NCBI RefSeq assembly: GCF_018350175.1
Contig: NC_058382.1
Span: 51,462,001 to 51,526,000, forward strand
From: Felis catus
Lineage: Eukaryota
Direction: 5' to 3'
DNA: 64,000 bases
Shown here: piece by piece, positions 50,049 through 63,407 of the stretch
Layout of the letters: each line of letters starts with the position of its first letter
How positions within the stretch are numbered: the stretch's first letter is position 1
The notes under the pieces: generated by a model
The model's database searches: none
Seen by the model: only the letters and a program-made list of their open reading frames with translations
What the model was told of the DNA's origin: nothing
Position numbers and translations under genes: made by a program

Positions 50049-50616
50049 AAATTAAACCAAACTGTCAACTGGTTATCTTTTTAAAAATCTTTTACAGCAA
50101 AATTCCCTTCAGCCAGTTGGTGATGAGGCAGAGATACTTACGGCAAAACTGCCTAGAGCCACTGTGGCGTCTATTGGTGTCACCGAGGTGTATATGGTCC
50201 TGACTGTACTGCTAAGTTGCCTTCCCAGGACATGTGAATTCTGGAGGGAAGGACTTCTGAGAGTGCAAGGATGCCTTTTCTCAGCCCCGTGAATCAGGCA
50301 AAAAACAGCATTGGAAGAGCAAGACGTTCGCTTGAGTCCTAGCTGATATAACAACACGACCCAGGATTGCTGGAGGAGGATGACACCATATAAAAGCAAA
50401 GAATCGTTGCTTGGAAGCTGCTCGCCACACAGCAAACTAGCAGCATGGGGGAGGCCCAGATTATTGGAACAGGAAAGGACTTGGTTATCAAATAAAAGGC
50501 ACCTTCATTTTGACATATGAGAAAAACAGAGAGAGCAAGCAAATTGCTCTATGTCGCACAGCAGGTTGGGGGTACTAGAACTTTGGGACACCTCTGAGAT
50601 CTTCTTGAAGTTTCCT

Positions 50617-50644
50617 TCCATCCATCCATCCATCCATCCATCCA
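50617..50644. repeat. (CCAT)n repeat at an L2-like tail
   Basis: About 7 units, followed by degenerate L2-like sequence to ~51070. Confidence 0.8.
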
Positions 50645-52050
50645 ACAAACTTCTATTCAAGGTCTTCTTTGCTGTTGTCTATACAAGATGACGGAGGTTG
50701 AAAGAGGAAGACGCCCCATTCCCCAATTTGGGAGCTTATGATGTAGCAGGGAGAGAAACATGTACCCAATAGGTACGGTAATTTGGTAAGAACTGTAACA
50801 AAGATAAATAGATCTTATAGAAACAGAAGAAGGTGGTTGACTTTCCAGGAAAGACATCCTGGAAGGAGTTATATTTGAACGCAACTTTGTGGCATGCGTA
50901 ACAGTGTGTCAGGCGAGAGAGTGGATAATCTAAAAAAAAAAATGGCACAGATATGTGAGCAGCTATGGGGAGATGAGGCAGAGAGCCTTCACCTCATACG
51001 GATGCTAAAAACAGAGGTGGAAAAAGCTTTAAAAAGTAGAAACAATGGCCACCTCAGAAAAATATTTGGGATGTAAGGATGGATTCCTACCAGAGGAATC
51101 CATGGCAATGTGGCCAGTCTGGAACAACGGTCTTAAAACAACCTAAACGATCTGAGGACCTGTCTATCTAACTTGCCCTATCTTGTTTCACATCAGTGTG
51201 ATCTTCTAAGATGGCTGTTGGCATCAGGAAGATGGAGGAAGACCAGGGAAACACAGCATTTTCTCAACCATATTCTTCTGCGGAGGCAGCTTATGGTTAT
51301 GGTCAAAGCCATCTATAATTTAGTGACACCGTAATCTGAGAGAGACAAGTGGGGAAGCCAAGACTAATGTCTCAAAAAGCCAAGAGGCAAGCTATAGAAA
51401 GCAAGTCTCATGAGCCATAGTTGCTGGTTCCATAGGTGTGCAATATCAGTTACTCCACCTGACCATCCAAGAGTCCTTTTGGCTAGGCCCACCCTTCTAT
51501 GTATAAAAGGCTCATTTCAAGGGGGTCCAAGGATCGCCATGAGTGAAAGCTATGTTCCATGTGGTTTGGGTGGTAACAGAATGGATGTCTCACCGCCCAC
51601 TCTGAGAAGGCCCATAATCCTCAAGGAACTGACAAAGCCAAACGGTCTCTCCATCAAAGCTGTGGAATGGTGTCAATAAAGCCAAAATGAGGAGTTTACA
51701 GTTCCAGAAGGGGGTCACATGTCTTTTTGAGGAGAGAGTGACTGGCTTTTCTTTCTCTTCAGCATGTCTCTGCCTAGACATGCTTCATTTTTTTTTTTTT
51801 CCCAAAGATTTGCTTCAGGTCAGCCGGAGAGAGGAGTTTTGCTTAACTCAAGATTTGGCACAGACAGCTGGAGTGGAATAAAATTGGAAAGATCCAAAAT
51901 GTGGGGTCTGGAATGACCAGTCGAAGTTATTCAACTTTTTTTTCCACATAAAGTCAGTGACTACTCAAAATGTATTAGGAAGTCTGCACCGCCTAAATTA
52001 TTTGACACGTATAAGGAGCTACGCTGCTCCCATTTTAAATACGTATACAC

Positions 52051-52460
52051 TGTGTTGGTTAACTTGATGTGTCGACTTGGCTGGGCCATGGTGCCTAGAT
52101 ATTTGGTCCAGCATTATTCTGGATGTTTCTGTGAAGGTGTTTATGGGATGAGATTGACCATTTATACCGGTGGACTTTGAATAAAGCAGATTACTCCCAC
52201 AATGTGGGTGGGCTTCATCCAATCAGTTGAAAGCCTTAACAGAACAAAGACTAACCTCTCCCAGGAAGAAGAAATTTTGCCTGCTGGCTGCTTTTGAACT
52301 AGAGATATGACTCTTTCTGGGTCTTCAGCCTGCTGGTCTACCCTAGATTTGGGATGTACCAAGCCACAACTGCAATGAGCCAATTCCTTAAAATAAATCT
52401 CTCTTCAATCAGTTGAGCAATAGATAGATAGTTAGACACACACACACACAGACACACACA

Positions 52461-52499
<39 letters not shown>

Positions 52500-52534
52500 C
52501 CGGGTGGTTCTGTTTCTCTGGAGAACCCTGACTA

Positions 52535-52539
<5 letters not shown>
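52051..52539 (+). mobile_element. ERVL solo LTR (MLT2-like) with internal and flanking (CA)n
   Basis: Runs 'tgtgttggttaacttgatgtgtcgacttggctggg' to 'ggttctgtttctctggagaaccctgactaataca'. AATAAA near 52392. (CA)n at 52436-52498 and 52537-52579. Confidence 0.9.
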
Positions 52540-52582
<43 letters not shown>

Positions 52583-52599
52583 ATACTAAGGACCTAGTA

Positions 52600-52785
52600 T
52601 CTTTCAGGCAATATGCGAGGTTATTTATATCCATTTAATCCTCATAAGTAATTTACACTTAGCTACTATTATCTCCATTTTGCAGATGAGAGAACTGAGG
52701 CTCAGAAAGATTAGGTAACTTGATTAAAGTCCCACAGCTTTTAAGAGACAGGGCTGGAACTTGAACTCAAGTCCATGTGACCACG
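52600..52785. mobile_element. MIR
   Basis: 'ccattttgcagatgagagaactgaggctcagaaagattaggtaacttg'. Confidence 0.8.
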
Positions 52786-54863
52786 AGATTGGACTCCATT
52801 CCTGAAGTGATGACAAGTAACGAGGCAAAATGAAACAAATTAAGTGGCAGAACATGTGAAGGGGAGAAGACCCACAAGTGTGGAATCACCTCCCAATAAC
52901 CATCACCAGCGAGATCATCTGCAATTGGAAGAGACAGGACTGCCCTTGGCAAAGGTGAGCTCAATCCAGATCGCTCTCGCTCTGTGTCTCTGCCCATTCC
53001 CCATACTGCTGTGATGGGTTTGTGCTGTTTCTGGACGTGCCCTGGAAATTCGTGGCAGCCCAAAAGGACGACAATTAGGTTTCTCATTAGCCTCCCTCGC
53101 GACGTCATCACTGACTATTTTTCTCTGCTGAAATATTTTAGAAAATTATCCCAGACAGATTTCTGGAAGGCACAGGACTTGGACATTTTTTAAATGAAGG
53201 ACATTCCACTGAGAGCAAGCCTAAATATTGACTCATCTGAGGAAGTATGTTCTTGGGGTAAGACTGATGGGGACTGGAAGCTGAATCCCAGCTCTGTGAT
53301 TTTAATCTGGGTGGACATGATATGGGGCAGTTGCCCAAGTTTCTCCTCAAGTCCCCAATGTCTGGTTTAGTTAAGGATGGAAGAGGACTATTAGCCTCCA
53401 CTTCCTGTCCCTGGCCATACTCTTAACTTTCCCTCAGGGTACTGTGCTACCAGCATGACTGGGAAGACTTCACCCAGCTTTGACTGGGAGCTAATCTTGA
53501 CTGTTCCTCTGCTTTGAAATAATCAACTCAGAGGCCCCAGGAGGAAGCCATGAGGGCACCTTTGTACCTAGAGACAAAATTCAATTCTTTCAGCATTTGC
53601 ATGACCCTCCCCCCATTCTCCACTAGCACAGGTAATCAATCCAGTGTTGACCAAACGATGGTCCCTCTTGCTCTCCATAGTGTGAACATTTATTTCCAGC
53701 ATCCCCCATATTTCCCACTGATGCGTTTGATCCCATACGTGTCTCAGTGTTCTCCAGCTTTGATTCTGTTTTGTTTTTATTTCTCCCTTCCTATAGTCTT
53801 TAACTAGTCCCTGATGGCACACGTATGTGATTTCATATCACGAGAATGGTGTGGCCATAGCAATGAGGCATTAGGGTGTTTCATAAATCAACCACAGTTT
53901 GGAGAAACGATGACAAGTGTGATTTATAGGCTATTTCAGCTCTGATTTCCATATAGCTTTTCTCTGATTCACAATTATTCCTTGGAGGAGCAGAAAGTAA
54001 AAGAAAGTACAGTGTGGGTGGTAGGTTCCCTCCCCAGAAACTCACGATAGTCATCATATCCATATAGGAAAGCAGATATTTATGCTTTCCAATGGATGAA
54101 TATTCTCCATGGCAACTGGGAAACTGTCGGAACTGGAAGAAGTGAGTCAACTAAAGTTTGTTTTCTCTTGACCTGGATAAAGCGAGACTAATTTTACATA
54201 TTGGTCAAGAGAATGAGAAAATTGCCAATAATTCATGGCATAGTAAACCCCTAGCACGTAACTTAACTACATCAACATATAAATTGCATATGTAAATGCT
54301 GATGATCAAATTTGTATACATTAAGTGGAAGCAGAAAATGTCATTGATTTTACCAAAAGGCACTTTTTAATTTTTTTTACACACATATGGCTTTTGGCCT
54401 ATTGGCCTAAGCTAGAGTGGACTATGTAGCTTATCTACCAAATGAGGACCTTTTTAAAAGTGAAGAGGGGTGTTTCTAATTATTCCTGTCAACAGAGGCA
54501 GTCTCTGGCAAACTGGAGCCCACTCTGAGCCTCATCACAGGTCATGTGATCACTGTGTCCACTTCCACATCACTAGATCCTTAAAGAGCAGGGATCAAGA
54601 TGCCATGGTTGTCTCTATTAAGAGCATGTTTTATTACCTGCTACGGACGAAGACTATGTTTGCATTGAATGAATGATGCACTGATGTTGGAAATAAATTC
54701 ACCCAGATACCTGGCCTAGGTAAGAACTCAACAGATTATACTAATAATCATATTTTAAATATAAATATGAATATAATCTACCATGGTTTAGATAACCAGC
54801 ATTTTTTGCAGATGCTCAAAATCCATGGGTTTGGGGGACACTTTAAGATTTTTTTATTATTTT

Positions 54864-55060
54864 GGGGGTACCTGGGTGGCTCAGTCGGTTAAGCATCTGA
54901 CTCTTGGTTTTGGCTCAGGTCACGATCTCACAGTTCTTGAGTTGGAGCCCTGTGTGAGGCAGTGTGGAGCCGGCTTAGGATTCTCTCTCCCTCTCTCTCT
55001 GGACCTCCTCTGCTCATGCTCTCTCTCTCCCAAAATAAATAAATAAGCTTAAAATTTTTT
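54864..55060 (+). mobile_element. Can-SINE
   Basis: Head, body and tail. Flanks TTTAAGATT(T/G)TTT. Confidence 0.9.
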
Positions 55061-55112
55061 TAAGATTGTTTTTATTTTTTTTCTCACTGTATCCCTTTTC
55101 ATGTTTTTTCAA

Positions 55113-55325
55113 TTTTTTTTTTCAACGTTTATTTATTTTTGGGACAGAGAGAGACAGAGCATGAACGGGCGAGGGGCAGAGAGAGAGGGAGACACAGAAT
55201 CGGAAACAGGCTCCAGGCTCTGAGCCATCAGCCCAGAGCCCAACGCGGGGCTCGAACTCACGGACCGCGAGATCGTGACCTGGCTGAAGTCGGACGCTTA
55301 ACCGACTGCGCCACCCAGGCGCCCC
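55113..55325 (-). mobile_element. Young SINEC_Fc
   Basis: Near-consensus. TSD CTTTTCATGTTTTTTCAA. Confidence 0.96.
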
Positions 55326-55354
55326 CTTTTCATGTTTTTTCAAATGCAATCTTT

Positions 55355-55570
55355 TAAAAAAAATTCTTTTAATGTTTATTTACTTTTGAGAGACAGAGAC
55401 AGAATGTGAGCAGGAGAGGGGCAGAGAGGGAGGGAGACACAGAATCCACAGCAGGCTCCAGGCTCTGAGCTGTCAGCACAGAGCCCGATGCAGGGTTTGA
55501 ACTCACAGACCGCAAGATCATGACCTGAGCCGAAGTCAGACACTTAACTGACTGATTACCCAGGTGCCCC
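55355..55570 (-). mobile_element. Can-SINE
   Basis: TSD TCAAATGCAATCTT. Confidence 0.93.
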
Positions 55571-56269
55571 TCAAATGCAATCTTATAGAGAACCCCAGTA
55601 TATAAAACAGATAGAAGCAGGTATGTATGGTTTGGAGAATTGCCTCTCAGCATTTACAGTACTCCTAAAGCTTAGCTTCAGATCCAAATACTTCACTTGA
55701 GCAAAACTCAAGCTCTACAAGTCCAGATAAACCCTGATTAAAATGTGAACATATCAATTAAACACAACTTGGAGGAAGAATCCCAATATTTTAGGCAAGT
55801 TCAGAAGGGCATTAAAGGAGGATCAAGAAGAAATATTTGGCATTCACTGGGTTTTTCAGTTTTCTTTAAAGTTCAATGCATACGACACCGCAAGTTGAGT
55901 CCTGAGCGATTCCTTCAGCTGAACTTTAGTAAAAGAACAGAACAAAAAACAAAAAAAAGACCACAGCCGTGTGCAGCATTTATCTTCCGATTCTTTTAGA
56001 CCCAAGAAAACATTTAGTGGGCAACAGCTTTTCTGAATGAGCGCTATGATTTTTCTTAGACTTGTCCTTCTGTCTGGCCAAGTCCTTGCTTTGTGAAAGT
56101 TGGAGCTAAGATGCGGACTCACAGACTCATTCTAGGAGAGACCTCTTGCCCAAGTCTCACAAAGCCAGACTAGTCTGCAGTGGGGCAATGCTAACATCAC
56201 AGCAGGGCTGCACCCAGGAACTTGCCAGGCCCACTGCTCCAGGAAGCAGTTGGCCAATGGCTTCTTCTT

Positions 56270-56483
56270 CTTCTTTTTTTAAGTTGTATTTATTTATTTT
56301 GAGAGAGACAGAGACAGCATGAGTGGGGGAGGGGTAGAGAGAGAGGGAGAGAAAGAATCCCAAGCAGGCTCCACACCATCAGCACAGAGCCTGATGTGAC
56401 TCAAACTCACGAAACCATGAGATCGTGACCGGAGCTGAGACTGAAAGTCAGATGCTGAACCAACTGATCCACCCTGGCGTCCC
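56270..56483 (-). mobile_element. Can-SINE
   Basis: TSD GCCAATGGCTTCTT. Confidence 0.92.
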
Positions 56484-56544
56484 AGCCAATGGCTTCTTAT
56501 CCATCCCACATACTCCTTTCTGTTTCAGTGGATCTTGGAACATC

Positions 56545-57125
56545 ACTATTGCTACATAACAAATTACCAAAAGTTTAGAGGCTTAAAGCAACATGCGTTT
56601 ACTATCTCACAGTTTCTATGAATCAGGAATCCAGGCACAGCTTAGCTGGACCCCCTACTTCAAGGTCTCTCACAAGACTGCAATCAAGGTGCCAACCAGG
56701 GCTGAGTGCTCATCTAAAAAGTTTAGCTGGAGAAGGACTGGCTTTCAAGCTCATATGGTTGTTGGCAGAATTTAGTTTTGAAAAATTGTTGGACTGATGA
56801 CTTTAGTTTCCATCTGGCTGTTGGCAAGAGATCATCCTCAGGATCTTGCCCTACGGCCTCACGATTAGGGCAACTTGCAACATGGCAGCTTGTTTCATCA
56901 GAGCAGGAAAGCAAGTCCCAGAAAGAAAATGCAAGACGGAAATCACAATCTTTTATAACAGAACCTGAACTTGGGAGTGAATATTACCACCTTTGCTGTA
57001 TCATATTGGTTCGAAGCAAGTCACAGATCCGCCCACATTCAATAGGCGAGTATTACACAGGAATAAAAATGTGAACACCAGGAGGTAGGGATCGCTGGGG
57101 ACCACCTATACGTCCACATGCCACA
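56545..57125 (-). mobile_element. MaLR LTR (MLT1F/G-like)
   Basis: 'ctattgctacataacaaattacc...ggcttaaagcaaca...tctcacagtttct...caggaatccagg...ctgcaatcaaggtg'. Confidence 0.75.
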
Positions 57126-57474
57126 ATCAGAGTTTGCTGTCAGGAAGGTACTGGAAGCAGAGGAAAAACCAGACATCAACGTCAATGAATTCCCCAACAA
57201 GGCATTCAACCCTGTATCTCTAAACTACTCTCCGGCCTCCTCACGTGCTGTTCCTCTCACATAAGCCTTTTCTGTCTTCTGCAAAGACACCAAGTCTACC
57301 AAGCCTTAGGCCCTTGGTGCCTACCCTTCTCACTACCTAGAAAGCTCTTCTCAGCTGTACTCAGGCCCCTTGTTGAAATGTCACCTCTTCTCAAAGGCCT
57401 AATCTCAATACCTTGGAATACTTAGTTATTAAGCTCCTACCATGTGTTAGGCATATTATGGGATTCCTCCCACC

Positions 57475-57496
57475 AGAGAGAGAGAGAGAGAGAGAG

Positions 57497-57547
<51 letters not shown>

Positions 57548-57549
57548 GA
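57475..57549. repeat. (GA)n-(GAAA)n compound microsatellite
   Basis: Pure purine tract of about 75 nt. Confidence 0.95.
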
Positions 57550-57954
57550 AAACCAGAATCTTTGACCTCAAGGAATTCTCTATTTAGTGAAAGGGACAAA
57601 TAAAAATAACTAGCACTCAGCACAAAGAAAAATAACTGTTGCAATTTGCTGTGGAGAAGTAAGGACAGAACTAGTAAACTAGGAGCTATGACTTGGTTGG
57701 GAGAAACCCACCAATTGGCTCATAATTGGAAGCCAAACTCAGCATGGCACTAGAACTTTTCACAACTGGTACCTTTTCATCCCTCTTTCTTCTCACCATA
57801 TAACGCAGTCACAAAAAGAAAAAAAAGACAGATGTGGTGTCCACTCTGTGCTTGTCCACACTCCCTTCATGTGTTACTCCCTCTGCTGAAATCGGTCCTT
57901 CTTGCCATTGAACTTGTATGCATCGTTACAAGAGTCAAATCAAATGCCACCCAC

Positions 57955-58322
57955 GTCCTAGTCTGCTTGGACTATGAAAGCAAAATATCAGAGACTGGGT
58001 GGCCTACCCAACAAACATTTACTTCTCACAGTTCTAGACGTTGGAAGTCCAAGGTCAAGGTGGCAGCAGATTTGGTTCTTGGTGAAGGTCCTCCTCCTGG
58101 CTCGTAGATGGCCACCTTCTCATTGTGTCCTCATATGGTGGTGAGAGAAAGCCCTGGTGTCTCTTCCTCTTCTTAGAAGGGCACTAATATTATCCTGAGG
58201 GCCTCAGCCTCATGACTTCATGTACACCTAATTACCTCCAAAGGCCCCATCTCCTCATACCATCACATTGGGGTTGGGCTTCAACATTCGAATTTTGGGG
58301 AGACGCAGACAGTCTATAACAA
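57955..58322 (-). mobile_element. MaLR LTR (MLT1A/B-like)
   Basis: 'gactgggtggc...tctcacagttct...gaagtccaaggtcaagg...aattacctccaaaggccccatctcc...accatcacattggg'. Confidence 0.8.
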
Positions 58323-59989
58323 TGTCTTTTAAGAAGCCTTCCCCAAATGCCTAGAAACTTAAGCAGATACATGCACTATGTTTCTGTAACTTTTTTACTT
58401 AACTTGGAGAGTGTGCACGGAATGTATTATCAGCGTGAATGGGACTCTCTTTTTAAGTCACGAGCACCTTGGTGGCGGACTGTGGGTCATCAATGCTGTC
58501 TCCTCAGTGGGTACGGGGCAAGGTGGTCACCCAGCTGTGGTCAGTAAACACTTGGGAAGAGCATAGAAGGGAGCAGGGAGGTTCTTGTCTAATACTCGGG
58601 CTACTTCTCACTCACCTCACTCTTTGCTTTCAGCTCACGTGAACGCCAACTCAACTTTGGGCTGCCTGAATCTCAGCAGGAATGTTTGCAGTACCCGGAC
58701 ATCCCATGGTTGGCGAGAAGTTCCAACGTGTCCACCCAGAAATTAGAAACCCAAACACCCCTGACTCTTCACAGTGTTTAGTATGTTATGGTTTTTGAAC
58801 CACAGTCTGAATTGAACACATCTGTCTTCAAAAGAACTTAAATTCCAACATGAAAGTCAGGAAGGAAAATAGTGTCCTCACATTTAGAAGGCGGGTTCCC
58901 GAAGTGTGAATTTTTCTGTCTAGTTAGGATTGCTTCCTTAAGGTTGGGACACCCAGGCTGATGCTTTTGTACTCTATCATCGTGTTCTTAAAGGAACTGC
59001 CTCACTGCCAAGGTTTTCTGTGATCTTTAAAGTGAAAGTTACATCACGATCATTTTTATATGCAATGTCCAATATATTTCCGTGTAAGGAAGATATGCCT
59101 TCCCTAAAGCTTTAAAGGAAAATTTAGTATGTTTTAAAAAAGACTCTCTATATGATTATTTCTGTGCTTTTAATCTAGCCTCTAGTATTGACAGTGATAA
59201 CAAAAATAGGGGTAACGATAATTACCATGTTGAGCATTGACCATGTGCCAGGAACTCTGGTACGTGCTTTGTGTACAGAGGTTTGTGGGATCTTTTTGCA
59301 ATTTTACTTGTTAAAACCATCCGAGGTGGATATAACATACTTCACAAATGAGAAAATTTAGGCTCAAAGAAGTGCCTGGGGGCATATAGAGAAGATGTAA
59401 ATTTTAGGGAGATCCAGGAAGAGGTCCCCATAGCTAACTGGTGGTTGGAAACCACCCTCTGTTTTTCTACCCCATTGGGTCTCCTGACATCTAATCCTTG
59501 GGGATAAAGTCTTTTGCTTCCAACGAGAAATGAAATAAGCACACCTGAGGTTGTAGAACCAGTGCCTTAAAATCACGCTAAGATACAGATGACCAATAAT
59601 GAAGTCTTTTTTGAGGACAGACTGCAGTAGAAAGAGGTGGGAGGAAGGACAGACTATGGGAGGGACACTGAATGAGGACCCTGGATGATTGAAGAGGAAG
59701 GTAGAAATCATCTCTTCCCCCATGAGCAAATGACCCGGATAATTAAGGTTTGTGGCACTGAAGGTAAGGGCGGACTGGCAACTGTGACATTGTCCTAGAC
59801 TCTGGTCCCATTATTTGTTCCTTCACTCCTTCAACAAGTATTGTTGCATCCGTCCACCGTATAGGATTAGATAAGATGCCTTTGACAAATACCCCTCAGC
59901 ACCTCATAGGGAAGTTTTTAAGAAATGCTTCAATAAGTCACCAACAACCCATTCTACTGCTACACGTGGGTTTAAAAATCTGTTCAATA

Positions 59990-60198
59990 GGGGTGCCCGG
60001 GTGGCTCAGTTGGTTGAGCGTCCAACTTCAGCGCAGGTCATGATCTCACAGCTCATGAGTTCAAGCCCCTTGTCCCGCTCTGTGCTGACAGCTCGGAGCC
60101 TGGAGCCTGCTTCAGATTCTGTGTCTCCCTCTCTCTCTCTGCCCCTCCCCTGCTCACACTCTGTCTCCATGTCTCAAAAATAAGTAAGCAATAAAAAA
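59990..60198 (+). mobile_element. Can-SINE (first of a tandem pair)
   Basis: Left flank AAAAATCTGTTCAATA. Confidence 0.92.
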
Positions 60199-60207
60199 CA
60201 TCTGTTG

Positions 60208-60410
60208 GGGCACCTGGGTGGCTCAGCCGGTTGGGTGTCCAGCTTCGGCTCAGGTCATGATTTCACAGTTCATGAGTTCAAGCCCCAAGTCGGGCTCAAA
60301 GCCTGGGGCCTGCTTCAGAGTCTGTGTCTCCCTCTCTCTCTGCCCCTCCCCCATTCACGTTCTGTCTCTATCGCTCAAAAAATAAATAAATGTTAAAAAA
60401 ATTTTTTTAA
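60208..60410 (+). mobile_element. Can-SINE (second of a tandem pair)
   Basis: Left flank AAAAAACATCTGTT, right flank AAAAATCTGTTCAATA. Confidence 0.92.
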
Positions 60411-60894
60411 AAATCTGTTCAATAAAGAAGGAACTTACAAATAGTTGTTTCAAATTTTTCAGGGCCTTGGGGTAAACCCCTGCAGGCATCTCCAACCCTC
60501 ACACCCCCTCTTTTTATGTAGCTGAGGCCACACGAGCCCACCCCTGGCTCTGGGACCACCCTAAAACCACTGATAAAAGAATTTAAGGAGGCTTCAGTTC
60601 AATACATGGTGATCTGACTCTACTGGAAGACCCAGCGCAGAAAGCGGGGTTTCCATGCTGCCCTATCCCAGCACCCACTGCCCCACACTGTTCTGATAAG
60701 GGCATGAGCCCCCACCCAGAGGACTGTTGACAGGCACTTAGTTTCCATTCCCCGTTTTTGCACTGGTTCCACCTGCTTGTCATGCTTGCCAGAAGGCCCA
60801 GTGCCTGCTGGCATTTCTGGGTATTGCTCCTTCTTGTGAGAACACATGGTGATGTGGGATCTATCATCACATCCCCTGCTTTCTTTTAAAAACA

Positions 60895-61092
60895 AATTAT
60901 ATATGTATTATATATACATAAGTTATATAAACTTATATATAACTTATATATCTAACTTTATATATATATTATATGTATAACTTATATATCTAACTTTATA
61001 TATATATTATAAATATATATATTATATATGTATATATAATATATATTATTATAAATATATATATTATATATGCATATATAATATATATATTT
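60895..61092. repeat. AT-rich (TA)n-derived minisatellite
   Basis: Repeated 'ataacttatatatctaactttatatatatattat' and 'aaatatatatattatatatg' units. Confidence 0.9.
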
Positions 61093-61094
61093 AG

Positions 61095-61200
61095 GCCTCT
61101 AACTCTTGATCTCAACTCAGATCTTGACCTTCAGGTCATGAGTTGAAGCCCCACATTGGGCTTTGCACTGGGCATGAAGCCTACTTTAAAAAAAGAAGAA
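61095..61200 (+). mobile_element. 5'-truncated short Can-SINE
   Basis: 'ctcttgatctcaactcag...tcatgagttgaagccccacattgggc...agcctactttaaaaaaa'. Confidence 0.7.
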
Positions 61201-61257
61201 AGCTTAATTTTCGTTCAAAGGGAAAAATGCAAAGCAGTTCTGAGCCCAGAGTACTTA

Positions 61258-61556
61258 ACTATATATATATATATATAGTTATTATATGTATATATATTTA
61301 AGTTAGTATAGTGTAAGTCAAGTTAGTATACTATATATATATGTATAAATATATTTATACATATATATGTATATATATGTAAATATATATATATTTATAC
61401 ATATATATGTATATATACATATATACATACATACATATATATGTATATATGTACATATATATGTATAAATATATTTATACATATATATGTATATATACAT
61501 ATATGTATATATATTTATACATATATATGTATAAATATATATATTTACATATAAAT
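61258..61556. repeat. AT-rich palindromic minisatellite
   Basis: Repeated TATGTATAAATATATTTATACATA units, each self-complementary. Confidence 0.92.
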
Positions 61557-61879
61557 AAAAGTCTCTGAATGAGACTTCTAACACTAAAATATTAATGGCC
61601 AATGAATATTTGTTAGTACTGACCTGAAACCCACATAACAAATATTCCACATGTGGCAGGAAAGTGAATGCCACGAGTACTGGGTTTTTGCTAGAAGATG
61701 GGAACTAATTAAGGCACACAAAACTTTGGACCGTAGAGATTCTCTCACCAGGAAACAAACAAACAAACAAACAAACAAACCCAGAATATACAGATATTCA
61801 TTCTCAATGCCACAGTTTCAATCAGTAACATTTAGGTCATCTGAAAGGGAATGTCCAATATAGACATAGAAAGATACAT

Positions 61880-62025
61880 AAATAGATAGATGGGTAGCTA
61901 GATAGAGGGATGATGGATGGATGGATGGATGGATGGATGGATGAACTATGAATGGGTGGGTGGATGGATGGGTTAATGGACAGATGAATGGATGGTACAT
62001 GGATGGGTTGATGGATGGATAGATA
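61880..62025. repeat. Degenerate (GGAT)n/(GATA)n repeat
   Basis: Tandem GATG/GATA units. Confidence 0.85.
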
Positions 62026-63407
62026 GTTAAGTAATGATTAGTTTTGTTTGAACCGTTGGTTTCCTTCTCCATCACCACCAGTACTCTGAAGTCATCTTAA
62101 AAGGGGATCTGACACGACATACCAGCTAAATGTCGGAAGAGAGATTTCAGTGGGAGGAGCTATGTCATTCTCTCCAGGTGGTCACCAACCCGTAGGGTAA
62201 TATGGAAACTGGAAGAAAGATGCTGTTCCCATGGGACAGATGCACTCCTCACTCGGATGCGGGTGGAATCAGGACCCTGGCCGTAGTAGCCCTCTCACTC
62301 CTCTTGACTCTGGACCCTTCAAGGAGTCTAGGGTATAGTTTGCTTTCTCTGCCTAAGAAATCAAAAGCAAGTGAAACTCCTAGAGCAGAAGTAGGGCTAC
62401 TAGGAGGAGTTCAGCCACCTATGCCCTGAGGGCTGAGCATGAGGAGTATGTCTGACTGCCTCCCCCCTACCCCACCTACCCCTCCAGAGGCTAGCCAAGG
62501 CCCATTTGGAGTGAAGAGGGACAGTCACTGGGAAGGGAGGAGGAGGGCCACGACGGTGAGTTATAGCTTGCCTACACACTCAGAGAGGCAGCTAAGGGAA
62601 AAAATCAGAGAGGCAGGCCTTGGGGAGGTGAAAATGATACAGAAAGTAGGCCAGGGAGGGCAGGGTGGGAATGTGGAGGGTGTCTTACATTAGATTAATA
62701 GCGGTGAAATGGAAAACATACAGGGATACACACAAGTCATGGGATAGGAGCTCCAGATAAAAGTAAAAAAAAAAACAAAAAAACTGCCTTACTTCAGGTT
62801 GAGAAGTTGGCCTGCTCACGAGCCTCCCACCAAGATGATACATGAGCTTTCTTTGGAAGGAACCCAGAGGAAAGCTTGGGGCAGGAAAGCTCCTGTTTGT
62901 GCAACTTTGCTCAAAATACGTCACTGATGCTCAGGCCAGCCTCCACCCTGGTACCCTTTTTGCAGACCCATTAGCACAATCACATGCCGATTCTAATTAT
63001 ATATAAAGGCAGGATTCTTGTGCCAAACTTTTTCACCCTGTAAGGTAGGCCCTCTTATCCCCATTTCACAGGTGGGAAGATTAAGGCTCCAGGATAAGTC
63101 ACTTACTCGCTCAAGGTTTCCTAATGAATCAGAAGCACATCAAGATTTTAATACCAGCAAGCCCAGCCGTACCAAGTTCCGGAGACTCTGTTCTTTCCAT
63201 CATAGAGTCTCCCTAAACTAAAAGCAGGAGGGGGCTAAGAACAAGGGAGGAGAGCAGAGTGGCAAGGGGTAGTCTCCAAACGACTACTAGTGCTTCATAA
63301 TTTTAACACAAAATGGCAACAGGTAGAACTATTAGACGACAATTTTGCACCAGTCAGTCCTACACATTCGGGAGCAGAGACATTGACTGCTTTTGTTACA
63401 TACCATC

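Noticed and set aside
61318..61674. 118-aa Tyr/Ile-rich ORF
   Set aside because: It is a translation of the TA-rich minisatellite.
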